Shown: piece by piece, positions 43,843-52,388 of the stretch
Layout of the letters: every line of letters starts with the position of its first letter
How positions within the stretch are numbered: the first letter of the stretch is position 1
Assembly: GCA_944327025.1 (NCBI GenBank)
Contig: CALVGF010000003.1
Span: 36,667-100,666, forward strand
Direction: 5' to 3'
Origin: Candidatus Avelusimicrobium excrementipullorum
GTDB lineage: Bacteria; Elusimicrobiota; Elusimicrobia; Elusimicrobiales; Elusimicrobiaceae
Length of the DNA: 64,000 nt
Notes under the pieces: generated by a model
Seen by the model: the letters and a program-made list of their open reading frames with translations, nothing else
Databases searched by the model: none
Told to the model about the DNA's origin: nothing
Position numbers and translations under genes: made by a program

Positions 43843-46215
43843 ATGAAATATCTTTGCATTCACGGACACTTTTACCAACCTCCGCGCGAAAACGCCTGGC
43901 TGGAAGAAATTGAAACCCAGGACAGCGCGGCCCCGTACCACGATTGGAACGCGCGCATCTGCGCCGAATGTTACGGGCCCAATGCGCTGGCCCGCGTGCT
44001 TAACGCCAAAGGGGAACTGACCGATTTAGTGGACAATTACGCCCATATCAGCTTTAACTTCGGGCCGACTTTGCTGTCCTGGATGCAGGCGCATGCGCCG
44101 CAGGTGTACCGCGCGGTGCTGGAATCGGACAAACAAAGCATGGAAAATTTTAGCGGGCACGGCTCGGCCATTGCGCAGGTGTACAACCATATGATTATGC
44201 CGCTGGCCAATGCCCGCGACAAAGAAACCCAGGTCAAATGGGGGCTGGCCGATTTTAAGGCGCGTTTCGGGCGCGAGCCGGAAGCCATGTGGCTGGCCGA
44301 AACCGCCTGCGACACGCCCACGCTGGAAGTATTGGCCGCGCATGGCATGAAATACGTTATTTTGGCCCCGGGCCAGTGTGCGCGCGTGCGTAAAATAGGG
44401 GAGAAAAACTGGACGGACACCTCCGGCGCAAAAGTGGACCCAAAGCGCGCGTATCTGTGCAATTTGCCTTCCGGCAAAAAAATCGCTTTGTTTTTTTATG
44501 ACGGACCCGTATCGCAGGGAATTGCGTTTTCGGATACGCTTAAAAGCGGCGAAAATTTTGCCCGCCGCCTGATGAGCACCTATTCCGGCGGCGCAGAAGC
44601 GCAGCTGATGCATATTGCCACCGACGGCGAAACATACGGCCACCACCAGAAATTTGCCGATATGGCCCTGGCTTACTGCCTTAAATATGTGCAGGGCCTG
44701 CCGGATGTGCATTTGACGGTGTACGGCGAATTTTTGGAGAAGTTCCCGCCGCAGTATGAGGCGCAGATTTTTGAAAATTCGTCCTGGAGCTGTTTCCACG
44801 GGGTGGAACGCTGGCGGGCCGACTGCGGCTGTAATTCCGGCGGGCACCCGGGCTGGAATCAGAAATGGCGCGCCCCGCTGCGCAAAGCGCTGGATTTTAT
44901 CCGCGATGAGATGGCCAAAGATTTTGACGCCCGCGGACGGGAATATTTTAAAGACCCCTGGGCCGCGCGCAATGATTATATTGAGCTGGTGTTGGACCGC
45001 GGTCTGGACGCGCAGCACAAATTTTTCCTGCGCCACGCCACGGAAACGGCCTGGCGGGACCGCAGCACCGCGCTGATGTTGCTGGAAATGCAGCGCAACG
45101 CCATGCTGATGTATACCAGCTGCGGGTGGTTTTTTGATGAAATCAGCGGTTTGGAAACCGTGCAGATTTTGCAGTACGCCGCGCGTGCGCTGGAGCTTAA
45201 ACGCAAAACCGGCGGCGCGGATATAGAGCCGGAGTTTATGCGCATGCTGCAGGCCGCCCCCAGCAATATTAAGGACCTTAAAAACGGGGCCGTGGTGTAC
45301 GAGCGTTTTGTAAAGCCTTCGGCCATGCCCGCCACCAAGGTGGCCGTGCAGCTGGTACTGCAGGATTTGCCCGGGGAGGAGGCCGCGCCGTCCGGCGCGT
45401 ATGTGTGCGACGTGTCGGATTACCGCTGTGAGCGGGTGCATGAGTCCGGCGGGCATTTGTGTTACGGCAGCATGAAGCTGAAAAACCGCGTGACGCTGGA
45501 GGAGGACGAAGTGGCTTTTGCCGTGTGCCAAAGCCATGATACGCGCCTGACCTGCGGCGCTTCGTACGCGCGGGACATCAACACGGCGGAAACATTTGAC
45601 GCGCTGACCCGCGCCGCGCGCCAGGACGGCTTTGACGCGGCGCACGAAGAAATACGCAAACGCTTCCAAGATATTTATCCGTTTACGTCTTTGTTCAAAG
45701 ACGCCCAGCGGCGCGTAATAGACCATGTGCTGGAAGCAATTTCCCAAAAAACGGACGAAGAATTTACGCGTATTTTTGAACAGCAATATCCCGCCGTGCG
45801 CGGGCTGAAATACATCGGCGCGCCGCTGCCGCAGGCGTTTACCACGGTGGCGGATTTTGTGCTGACCGCGGATATTAAGGCCGAGCTGGCGCGCGACCCC
45901 GTGGACATCAATGCGCTGGAAGAACTCATGGACGACGTGCGCACGCTGGGCTTGCAGACGGACAAGGCGCAGGTCAATGCCGCCGCCGGAGAGAAACTGA
46001 TGCAGTATGTGCGGGACTTCTGCCAAGACCCCGCCGCACTGCCGGCGGCCGTGAAAACCGTGGAGTTTTTAAACTATATGGAAATTTTCGGTTTTACGCC
46101 GGACACTTCCCAGGCCCAGCAGCAGGTGTTTAAAGCCTTGCAAAGCCTGCCCGCGGAGGAGCGCGGAAAAAGCATTTTGACCGCGCTGGCCCGCAAACTA
46201 AAAATTGCCGTTTAG
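43843..46215 (+). CDS. Glycoside hydrolase family 57 protein with a large C-terminal (DUF3536-like) region
   Basis: N-terminus CIHGHFYQPPRENAW and TDGETYGHH are GH57 signatures. 790 aa. ATG 43843 is chosen; the ORF-track extension from 43660 overlaps the phoH-like gene on the other strand. Confidence 0.85.
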   Translation: MKYLCIHGHFYQPPRENAWLEEIETQDSAAPYHDWNARICAECYGPNALARVLNAKGELTDLVDNYAHISFNFGPTLLSWMQAHAPQVYRAVLESDKQSMENFSGHGSAIAQVYNHMIMPLANARDKETQVKWGLADFKARFGREPEAMWLAETACDTPTLEVLAAHGMKYVILAPGQCARVRKIGEKNWTDTSGAKVDPKRAYLCNLPSGKKIALFFYDGPVSQGIAFSDTLKSGENFARRLMSTYSGGAEAQLMHIATDGETYGHHQKFADMALAYCLKYVQGLPDVHLTVYGEFLEKFPPQYEAQIFENSSWSCFHGVERWRADCGCNSGGHPGWNQKWRAPLRKALDFIRDEMAKDFDARGREYFKDPWAARNDYIELVLDRGLDAQHKFFLRHATETAWRDRSTALMLLEMQRNAMLMYTSCGWFFDEISGLETVQILQYAARALELKRKTGGADIEPEFMRMLQAAPSNIKDLKNGAVVYERFVKPSAMPATKVAVQLVLQDLPGEEAAPSGAYVCDVSDYRCERVHESGGHLCYGSMKLKNRVTLEEDEVAFAVCQSHDTRLTCGASYARDINTAETFDALTRAARQDGFDAAHEEIRKRFQDIYPFTSLFKDAQRRVIDHVLEAISQKTDEEFTRIFEQQYPAVRGLKYIGAPLPQAFTTVADFVLTADIKAELARDPVDINALEELMDDVRTLGLQTDKAQVNAAAGEKLMQYVRDFCQDPAALPAAVKTVEFLNYMEIFGFTPDTSQAQQQVFKALQSLPAEERGKSILTALARKLKIAV

Positions 46216-46237
46216 ATAAAAAAAGAGGTACTGTTTG

Positions 46238-46268
46238 AAAAGCCCCGCGTAAAAACGCGGGGCTTTTT
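46238..46268. terminator. Bidirectional intrinsic terminator (GH57 on +, lol-Sel1 operon on -)
   Basis: AAA-AGCCCCGCG-TAAAAA-CGCGGGGCT-TTTT. Confidence 0.85.
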
Positions 46269-46573
46269 CATTGCCCGGGAAAAGCGTCCACAAACTGTAT
46301 GGTAAAATCGGGGAAGGCGTCTACGTACTGTATGGTAAAATCCGCAAAGGAGTCCACCATTTGCCATTTGCCGCAGGAATCGGCAAAGGCGGGCACTTTC
46401 TGTACGCGCAAATCCGGAAAAGAGGTTACCACCTGTACTTTGAAATCCGCAAAATGTTCCACCACCTGCACCCTGCCGTAAAGCGGTTTGCCGTTGCAGG
46501 TGCAGCCGGAAATATCGGCTCCCAGCGCGGCGGGCAGTAAGCAAAAAAGACAAAATAAAACGTATTTTTTCAT
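46268..46573 (-). CDS. Small secreted protein built from six tandem 11-residue repeats (x-[VI]-Q-x-V-x-x-F-[AP]-D-[FL])
   Basis: Signal peptide MKKYVLFCLFCLLPAALGA, followed by RVQVVEHFADF / KVQVVTSFPDL / RVQKVPAFADSCGK / WQMVDSFADF / TIQYVDAFPDF / TIQFVDAFPGQ. A 33-bp periodicity is visible in the DNA (CTGTATGGTAAAATC occurs twice). Confidence 0.6.
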   Translation of the reverse strand: MKKYVLFCLFCLLPAALGADISGCTCNGKPLYGRVQVVEHFADFKVQVVTSFPDLRVQKVPAFADSCGKWQMVDSFADFTIQYVDAFPDFTIQFVDAFPGQ

Positions 46574-46592
46574 GGCGTATTCTTTGTGAGGA

Positions 46593-47207
46593 TTACAGCG
46601 GATCGTTGCGCAGCAGGCGCGGATCGCGCGTTTTTAGGAATTTAACGGCCACGGGCTCTTTTTGTGCGGCGGCCAGGGTGTAATATTTCATGGCTTCCTG
46701 TTCATTTTTGTCCGTGCCGATCCCGTTATAATAAAATTCCGCCAGCAGCCGCTGGCCCAGCGGGCTGCCTTTGTCGGCCGCTTTTTTCATCCAGGCAAAA
46801 GCCTGGTCATTGTCTTTGTCCGTGCCCGTGCCGCGGCGGTACATGACGGCCAGATTAATCATGCCTTCAAAATCTTCCTGCTCGGCCGAACGGCGGTAAC
46901 AGGACAGGGCTTTTTGGTCGTCCTGGGTTACGTCTTTTCCGGCATGGTACAGCGCGCCCAAAGCGTTTAGGGCTTTGGCATATCCGCTGTCCGCCGCGGA
47001 TTGCAGGTAATGCAGCGCCAGCGTTTTGTCCGCAGCAACGCGTTTGCCCGCATAATACAGCAGGGCCGCTTCATATTGTGCGGAGGGAAGACCCTCCTGC
47101 GCCTGTATTAATATACGGCGCAATTTTTTACGCGAAGAAATATAGGACAGCGCACAAGCCGCCGCCAAAAGAACAATGCCGGCCGCTACCAGAATCTGCA
47201 GGCTCAT
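46593..47207 (-). CDS. Sel1-repeat (SLR/TPR-like) protein with an N-terminal membrane anchor
   Basis: N-terminal TM (ILVAAGIVLLAAACAL), then 4-5 Sel1 units (A..yy.G.gv..D...A..w..kAA..G...A). ATGA overlap with the upstream gene. Confidence 0.8.
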   Translation of the reverse strand: MSLQILVAAGIVLLAAACALSYISSRKKLRRILIQAQEGLPSAQYEAALLYYAGKRVAADKTLALHYLQSAADSGYAKALNALGALYHAGKDVTQDDQKALSCYRRSAEQEDFEGMINLAVMYRRGTGTDKDNDQAFAWMKKAADKGSPLGQRLLAEFYYNGIGTDKNEQEAMKYYTLAAAQKEPVAVKFLKTRDPRLLRNDPL

Positions 47208-48157
47208 TGGTCCTCCTTAATCCGGCGGATAATTTCCGCCGCGTTTTTGCCGCCGTTCTGCTGTGCGCGCACGGCCCAGAACAGGGCTTCTTTGCGGTTG
47301 GCGGCTACACCCGTGCCGTGCAAATAATGCAGGGCGGTTTGCTCCTGCGCCTCTGCGTCGCCGTTTTGGGCGGCGGCGAGCATCCAGGAAAATACGCCGT
47401 AGTCGTCCTGTGCCACACCCGTGCCGTTGCGGTACATGCCGCTTAACGCTTTTTGCGCCTGTATCAGTCCGTCCCGGGCGGACAGACGCATAAAATGAAA
47501 CGCGCGTTTTTCATTTTTTTCCGTACCCTGTCCGTTTAAATACATCAGCGCCACCCGGTAGCGCGCGGTGCGGTTTTCGGCTTCGGCGGCGGCCAGGGTC
47601 AGCTCAAAGGCCTTTTCGGCGTCCGGCTTTATGTACGGCGGGTAGCCTTCCGCATAATAATTGCCCAGTTGCACCTGCGCCGCCGGTACGGGCACGGGGG
47701 CCTGTGCGGCGCGCGTCAGCCATTTCAAAGCCTTCTCTGCGTTCGCCGGCGTGCCGAGACCGTCTGCATACAGGCGCGCCAGCGCGTACTGTGCCAGCGG
47801 GTAGTCCGGCGCGAGTTTTTGCACCGCTTCAAAACCCGCCTGCGGATTTTCCGCAATGCCTTGTCCCTGTACCTGCATAAGCGCCAAAATCAGCTGCGCT
47901 TCACGTTCGCCCGCGTCGGCGGCTTTTTGCAGATGTTTGCGCGCTTTCTTAAAATTTTTCTTCGTGCCTCGTCCGTAGTAATAGGCTTTGCCCAGGTCCA
48001 GTTCGGATTCAGGCTGTTTGTCCCATTTCACTTCGCCTTCGGACTGGCGGAAAGAGGGGGAAGGCGTCAGCGCCTCCCGAAAGCCCCGCTCCTGTAAGAT
48101 GCCGGCACAGCATATAGCGGGAAACAGCAGGAAAAAGAAAGGGAAATATTTGCCCAT
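47204..48157 (-). CDS. Sel1-repeat protein with signal peptide
   Basis: Signal-like N-terminus MGKYFPFFFLLFPAICCAG, then about 7 Sel1 units. Starts 3 nt after the lolD stop. Confidence 0.8.
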   Translation of the reverse strand: MGKYFPFFFLLFPAICCAGILQERGFREALTPSPSFRQSEGEVKWDKQPESELDLGKAYYYGRGTKKNFKKARKHLQKAADAGEREAQLILALMQVQGQGIAENPQAGFEAVQKLAPDYPLAQYALARLYADGLGTPANAEKALKWLTRAAQAPVPVPAAQVQLGNYYAEGYPPYIKPDAEKAFELTLAAAEAENRTARYRVALMYLNGQGTEKNEKRAFHFMRLSARDGLIQAQKALSGMYRNGTGVAQDDYGVFSWMLAAAQNGDAEAQEQTALHYLHGTGVAANRKEALFWAVRAQQNGGKNAAEIIRRIKEDQ

Positions 48158-48160
48158 AGG

Positions 48161-48832
48161 CTATTTGGTACGCAGGAGTTTGCGCTCCTGCAGGGTATAC
48201 ACGGCGTCTGCAAAATGGGCCGCGTGTACATCGTGCGTGACCATCAGCACGGTCAGACCTTCCTGAGCCAGCGCGGCAAAGTCTTTAAATACCTGTTCTT
48301 TGCGCGCCGCGTCCAGGTTGCCGGTCGGCTCGTCGGCCAGCAGCAAATCCGGCCGGTTGCACAACGCGCGCGCGATGGCGGCACGCTGTTTTTCGCCGCC
48401 GCTTAAATCGGCGGGCATTTTGTGTGAAATGCGCCCGATGCCAAACTGGTCCAGCAGTTTCTGCGCGCGGGGCTTTTCGTCTTTGCCGTGCATCAGGCCG
48501 GGCAGGGCCACGTTTTCCAGCAGGGAAAACTCCGGCAGGAGGCCGTCAAACTGAAAGACAAAACCCATTTTTTTGCGCCGCAGGGCGGAGCGTTTGGTTT
48601 CGCTTTTGATTCTGGTAATGTCTTTGCCTTCAAAAAGGATTTGGCCGGAGGTGGGCTTGTCCAGCATGCCGATAAGATTTAACAGCGTGCTTTTGCCGCT
48701 GCCGCTGGGGCCCAGCAAAACCACAAACGCCCCGCGCGGTACGGTTAAGTCCGCATTTTCCAGCACGCACAGGTTTTCCTTGCCCTGTCCGTAGATTTTG
48801 GTTAAGTTTTTTATTTCCAGTATATCAGCCAT
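48161..48832 (-). CDS. lolD: Lipoprotein-releasing system ATP-binding protein LolD
   Basis: Walker A GPSGSGKST, the LSGGEKQR signature, Walker B LLLADEPT, and the LolD-type FQF..LLPEFS region. Confidence 0.9.
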   Translation of the reverse strand: MADILEIKNLTKIYGQGKENLCVLENADLTVPRGAFVVLLGPSGSGKSTLLNLIGMLDKPTSGQILFEGKDITRIKSETKRSALRRKKMGFVFQFDGLLPEFSLLENVALPGLMHGKDEKPRAQKLLDQFGIGRISHKMPADLSGGEKQRAAIARALCNRPDLLLADEPTGNLDAARKEQVFKDFAALAQEGLTVLMVTHDVHAAHFADAVYTLQERKLLRTK

Positions 48833-50048
48833 AGCGTATTGCGTCCGTCGGGTGTACGCGGGAGGCTTTCACCGCCGGATACAGCCCCGCAAAGAAACAT
48901 ACCAAATAGCTGCCGCCGATGACGGCCAGCACGTCCCACAAATCCATGCGTACGGGCACTTTGGTCAAATAGTAAATGTCCCCGGGCAGCTCCACGATGT
49001 TAAACGTGGCGATAATCCAGCACAGCAGCAGGGCCAGCAGTACCCCCAGCGCAATGCCCACCGTGGCGGTCATCATGGCTTCCCACATAAAAATGCCGCG
49101 TATCATTTTGGGGCTGGCGCCCAGCGCGCGCATGATGCCGATGTCGCGCAGTTTTTCGGTACCCAGCAAAATCAAATTGGAAGCGATGTTTAAAGAAGCC
49201 ACCGCGATAATCAGAAACAGAATGATAAACATAACGGCTTTTTCCAGCTTCAGCGCGGCATAAAGCGTGCTGTTCATCTGCGCAAATGTACGCACGGCGT
49301 AACCGTAACCGACGGCCCGCTGTATCTGCGGGGCGACGGCTTCGGCCTTGTTCATGTCTTTGAGTTTGACGGCTATGCCCGTAACGCCCTGCTCCAGTCC
49401 CAGGAAATCGCTGGCGTCCGCCAGCGGGGCGTAGGCGATGGTGTTGTCAAATTCATAGTATCCCGTGCGCAAAAGACCGCTGATGCGGAAACGCTTCATT
49501 TTGGGGAACATGCCTGCGCCGGTGGAAATAGACTGCGGAGAAATGAGCACGACGTCATCGCCCACAAACAGGTTTAAATTCATGGCCAGCTCCGTGCCCA
49601 GCACCAGCGGCGGGGGGGCGTCCTCTCCCCAGTCGGCCGGAGCGTCAAAAGAGCCTTCGGTCAGGGATTCATTTAAGTTGTTAATTTTGGCTTCCTGTTT
49701 CGGGTCCAGCCCGCGGATAATGACGCCCAGGCTTTGGCCGCGGTAGGATATAATGGCCTGGCCGTAAATGTTCGGCGCGGCACCCTCCACATCCGGCAGG
49801 GCTTCCACGGCCTGCATTTTCTGCGGGTACACGTCTTTGGCCATGCGGCCGAACACCAGGATATGGCTTTGCGCACCGATGATTTTTTCTTTGATGTCAC
49901 TCTGAAAGCCGTTCATGACGGACAGGGTGGTAATCAGCGCGGCTACGCCCACGCTGACGCCCGCCACGCCGATCAGCGTGGTAATCACCGCAAAAAGACC
50001 TTTGCGTTTGAGCATGTAGCGCATGGCCACGAAGCGTTCAAATTTCAT
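48825..50048 (-). CDS. Lipoprotein-releasing system permease (LolC/E/F family, single copy)
   Basis: 407 aa. N-terminus FERFVAMRYMLKRK, a large periplasmic loop and a C-terminal FtsX domain. Overlaps lolD by 8 nt. Confidence 0.85.
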   Translation of the reverse strand: MKFERFVAMRYMLKRKGLFAVITTLIGVAGVSVGVAALITTLSVMNGFQSDIKEKIIGAQSHILVFGRMAKDVYPQKMQAVEALPDVEGAAPNIYGQAIISYRGQSLGVIIRGLDPKQEAKINNLNESLTEGSFDAPADWGEDAPPPLVLGTELAMNLNLFVGDDVVLISPQSISTGAGMFPKMKRFRISGLLRTGYYEFDNTIAYAPLADASDFLGLEQGVTGIAVKLKDMNKAEAVAPQIQRAVGYGYAVRTFAQMNSTLYAALKLEKAVMFIILFLIIAVASLNIASNLILLGTEKLRDIGIMRALGASPKMIRGIFMWEAMMTATVGIALGVLLALLLCWIIATFNIVELPGDIYYLTKVPVRMDLWDVLAVIGGSYLVCFFAGLYPAVKASRVHPTDAIRYG

Positions 50049-50054
50049 GGATAT

Positions 50055-50060
50055 ATTCTA
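50055..50060 (-). promoter_or_regulatory. -10 box TAGAAT ending 6 nt before the ATG at 50048, giving a predicted leaderless transcript
   Basis: The minus strand reads AAAGTAGAAT-ATATCC-ATG, with no SD and no convincing -35. Confidence 0.4.
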
Positions 50061-50110
50061 CTTTATTTTATTTGTTGACGTGGTTGTTTATTGATTGAAA
50101 AGACCCCGGC

Positions 50111-50144
50111 CTTGACTCGTTTTTTTTGTTTTTGATACCCTGTA
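50111..50144 (+). promoter_or_regulatory. Promoter module CTTGACTCG-T8-GTTTTTGATACCCTGTA (TTGACT -35, TGaTACCCT extended -10); related to 38521-38558
   Basis: TTGACT at 50112-50117, an 18-nt spacer, and TGATACCCT at 50133-50141. Confidence 0.4.
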
Positions 50145-50211
50145 CGTGGCTGAGATGAAAAGCCGTTAAAAGCCGTTTTTGTTTGATTAAACGCCGTTAT
50201 AGGAGCAGAAA

Positions 50212-50673
50212 ATGAAAAAAGGTTTTACGCTGATTGAACTTTTGGTCGTGGTGCTGATAATAGGGATATTGTCCGCCATTGCCCTGCCGCAGTATACGAA
50301 AATAGTGGAAAAGAGCCGCGCGGCAGAGGCTGTCACCCTGGTACGCAGTATTGCCGAGGCCGAGCAACGGTATTATTTGGCCAATGGGGAATATGCGGGA
50401 GATATTTCTTTGTTGGATATTTCTTTTCCGGGGGAATCAGTTTCGTATCCCAGTAATAATATACCCGGGTTTCAAACTAAAAATTTTATTTGTCGGCCTA
50501 CCGGGGGCGCCTGGACGGATGCTTTGGCCGTTTGTAACCGCCGGCCGTATGGTACTTTTTTTGCTATTGCCAAATTAAAAGACGGAAAAATGGTATGTCG
50601 GTTTTATACGGCCAAAGGGGAAGATGTTTGTAAGACTTTCGGAACAAAAAGCGGTACAAGCTATGTATTTTAA
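50212..50673 (+). CDS. Type IV pilin-like protein (prepilin-type N-terminal cleavage/methylation domain), stand-alone
   Basis: MKKG|FTLIELLVVVLIIGILSAIALPQY. SD TAGGAGCAGAAA. Four Cys residues in the C-terminal half. Has its own terminator. Confidence 0.85.
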   Translation: MKKGFTLIELLVVVLIIGILSAIALPQYTKIVEKSRAAEAVTLVRSIAEAEQRYYLANGEYAGDISLLDISFPGESVSYPSNNIPGFQTKNFICRPTGGAWTDALAVCNRRPYGTFFAIAKLKDGKMVCRFYTAKGEDVCKTFGTKSGTSYVF

Positions 50674-50674
50674 C

Positions 50675-50714
50675 CCCCAAAACCCCGCTCTGCAAAGCGG
50701 GGTTTTGTTTGGGG
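50675..50714. terminator. Bidirectional intrinsic terminator (pilin-like gene on +, lysS on -)
   Basis: CCCCCAAAACCCCGC-TCTGCAAA-GCGGGGTTTTGTTTGGGG. Confidence 0.8.
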
Positions 50715-50720
50715 TAAAAC

Positions 50721-52247
50721 TTATTTTTCTTCTTTTTCTTCCAGCTTTTTGAGTGTGGGGAAGAAAATAATTTCGCGTATGGAGTCCTGCCCCGTGAGCA
50801 GCATGACCGTGCGGTCTATGCCGATGCCCATACCGCCCGTGGGAGGCATGCCCGATTCCAGCGCTTCTATATAATCTCCGTCCAAAATATCGGCGTTTTC
50901 GGCGTCCTCGCCCTGGGCCTTGGCCTTTTCGGCGGCCTGGTCTTTGAGGCGCTGGTACTGGTCGGCGGGGTCGTTGAGCTCCGTATAGGCGTTAGCAATT
51001 TCGCTGCCGGAGACGAACGCTTCAAAGCGTTCCACGATTTCGGGGTCCCCGGGTTTGGTTTTGCTGAACGGGCTGACTGCCGTAGGATAGTCCAGCGCGA
51101 TGACGGGGCAGTTGTAGCCTGCCAGCAGTTTGGTTTCAAACAGTTCGTCAAACAGTTTGCTGTCCGGGTCGGCGGCGGAGAAGGAAATGCCCTGCTCTTT
51201 GGCCAGCTTGGCCAGCGGCTCGCGTTTAAACTGGCGGCCGTCCAATACTTCGTGGATGTCCTGGCCGAATTTTTCTTTCCAGGCCTGCGGAATATACAGG
51301 CGTTTATACGGCGGCACCAGGTTGATTTCCTGGCCGCGGTAGGTTACTTTTTCCACCCCGATAGCCTTGGCGGCGTTGGCCAGGATTTCTTCAAACAAAT
51401 CGGCCATGGTGTTCACGTCCCCGTACGCCTGGTACAGCTCCATCATGGTAAACTCGGGGTTATGCGTGGTGTCTATGCCCTCGTTGCGGAACATGTGGCC
51501 GATTTCATAAATGCGGTCAAATCCGCCCACAATCAGGCGTTTGTGGTACAGTTCCAGCGCGATGCGCAGGCGCAGCGGCATTTTCAGCGCGTTGTGATAC
51601 GTCTGGAACGGGCGCGCCACCGCACCGCCGCTGTCGGGCGTGAGGATGGGGGTTTCCACTTCCAAGAATCCTTTTTCGTCCAGCGTTTTGCGTATGGAGG
51701 AAATGATGTGGGCGCGTTTGACGAAAATATCTTTTACGTCTTCATTGGCGATTAAATCCAGGTGGCGTTTGCGAAAGCGCACCTCCGTATCCTGCAGGCC
51801 GTGGAATTTTTCGGGCATGGGGCGAATGGCTTTGGAAATTAAATCCAGCTTGTGTACTTTAATCGTGCGTTCGCCGGTTTTGGTGACGAACATATGCCCC
51901 GTAACGGATACAAAATCTCCCACGGCGACGTGTTTTTTAAAGAAGATGTAGGCTTCTTCGCCCAGGTTGTCTTTGGCCACATACAGCTGCACTTTGCCGG
52001 AAAAATCACGCAAATGCGCAAAGGCGGCCTTGCCCATCAGGCGCAGCTGCACCAGACGCCCCGCGGTGCATACTTCGGCGTCATCGGGCGAATTTTTGGC
52101 TTCAGCGCAGGTTTGTTTTTTCTCACAGCGGTTGGGATAGGGGTTATGGCCGGAGGCTTTGAGTTCCTCGGCTTCGGCATAACGCTGGGCGATGATTTCG
52201 TCCAACGCGTTATTGTGTTTTTCAGCGGGTTTGGCGGTGTTTTCCAT
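50721..52247 (-). CDS. lysS: Lysine--tRNA ligase (class II)
   Basis: 508 aa with class II motifs (FLEVETP; MFRNEG; GMGIGIDR). ATG 52247 is chosen; the ORF-track extension to 52388 runs through a terminator and tRNA-Gln. Confidence 0.95.
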   Translation of the reverse strand: MENTAKPAEKHNNALDEIIAQRYAEAEELKASGHNPYPNRCEKKQTCAEAKNSPDDAEVCTAGRLVQLRLMGKAAFAHLRDFSGKVQLYVAKDNLGEEAYIFFKKHVAVGDFVSVTGHMFVTKTGERTIKVHKLDLISKAIRPMPEKFHGLQDTEVRFRKRHLDLIANEDVKDIFVKRAHIISSIRKTLDEKGFLEVETPILTPDSGGAVARPFQTYHNALKMPLRLRIALELYHKRLIVGGFDRIYEIGHMFRNEGIDTTHNPEFTMMELYQAYGDVNTMADLFEEILANAAKAIGVEKVTYRGQEINLVPPYKRLYIPQAWKEKFGQDIHEVLDGRQFKREPLAKLAKEQGISFSAADPDSKLFDELFETKLLAGYNCPVIALDYPTAVSPFSKTKPGDPEIVERFEAFVSGSEIANAYTELNDPADQYQRLKDQAAEKAKAQGEDAENADILDGDYIEALESGMPPTGGMGIGIDRTVMLLTGQDSIREIIFFPTLKKLEEKEEK

Positions 52248-52261
52248 AAAGACCTCTAAAG

Positions 52262-52292
52262 AAAAAAGCCGCCGCCTTACGCCGGCGGCGGC
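52262..52292 (-). terminator. Intrinsic-terminator-like hairpin between tRNA-Gln and lysS
   Basis: The minus strand reads GCCGCCGCC-GGCGTAA-GGCGGCGGC followed by TTTTTTC. The lysS ATG lies 14 nt further downstream. Confidence 0.65.
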
Positions 52293-52303
52293 CCAAATAA
52301 ATC

Positions 52304-52377
52304 TGGTTCCGGGACTAGGACTCGAACCTAGAATTAATGCTCCAGAGGCATCCGTGTTACCATTACACCATCCCGGA
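52304..52377 (-). tRNA. tRNA-Gln (anticodon CUG), CCA encoded
   Basis: Manual cloverleaf: TCCGGGA TG GTGT AATGGTA ACAC G GATGC CTCTGGA GCATT AATT CTAGG TTCGAGT CCTAG TCCCGGA A CCA. Confidence 0.85.
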
Positions 52378-52388
52378 TCAACATACAT

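Noticed and set aside
44026-46026. A 666-aa ORF antisense to the GH57 gene. Similar long antisense ORFs occur at 16498-17724, 3554-4768, 4802-5902, 6303-7310, 26707-27399 and 21320-21910.
   Set aside because: These are shadow ORFs opposite confidently identified conserved genes. Their translations are low-complexity and R/G/A/H/Q/F-rich, they lack SD sites and recognisable motifs, and this pattern is typical of GC-rich, codon-biased genomes.
6169-50714. Recurring CCCCGC-loop-GCGGGG hairpins (6169, 8831, 25533, 42347, 46241, 50679), considered as a dispersed repeat family.
   Set aside because: Each sits at a gene 3' end and is followed by a T-run. Loops and flanks differ, so these are ordinary GC-rich intrinsic terminators rather than a mobile repeat.
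52247-52388. N-terminal extensions in the ORF track: lysS to 52388, the peptidase ORF from 52528, the murJ-like ORF to 59781, the GAF ORF to 21320, the GH57 ORF from 43660, and korA from 21242.
   Set aside because: The extensions run through tRNA genes, terminators or neighbouring genes. Internal ATGs with an SD or a -10 box, together with homologous N-termini, give the sensible gene models.
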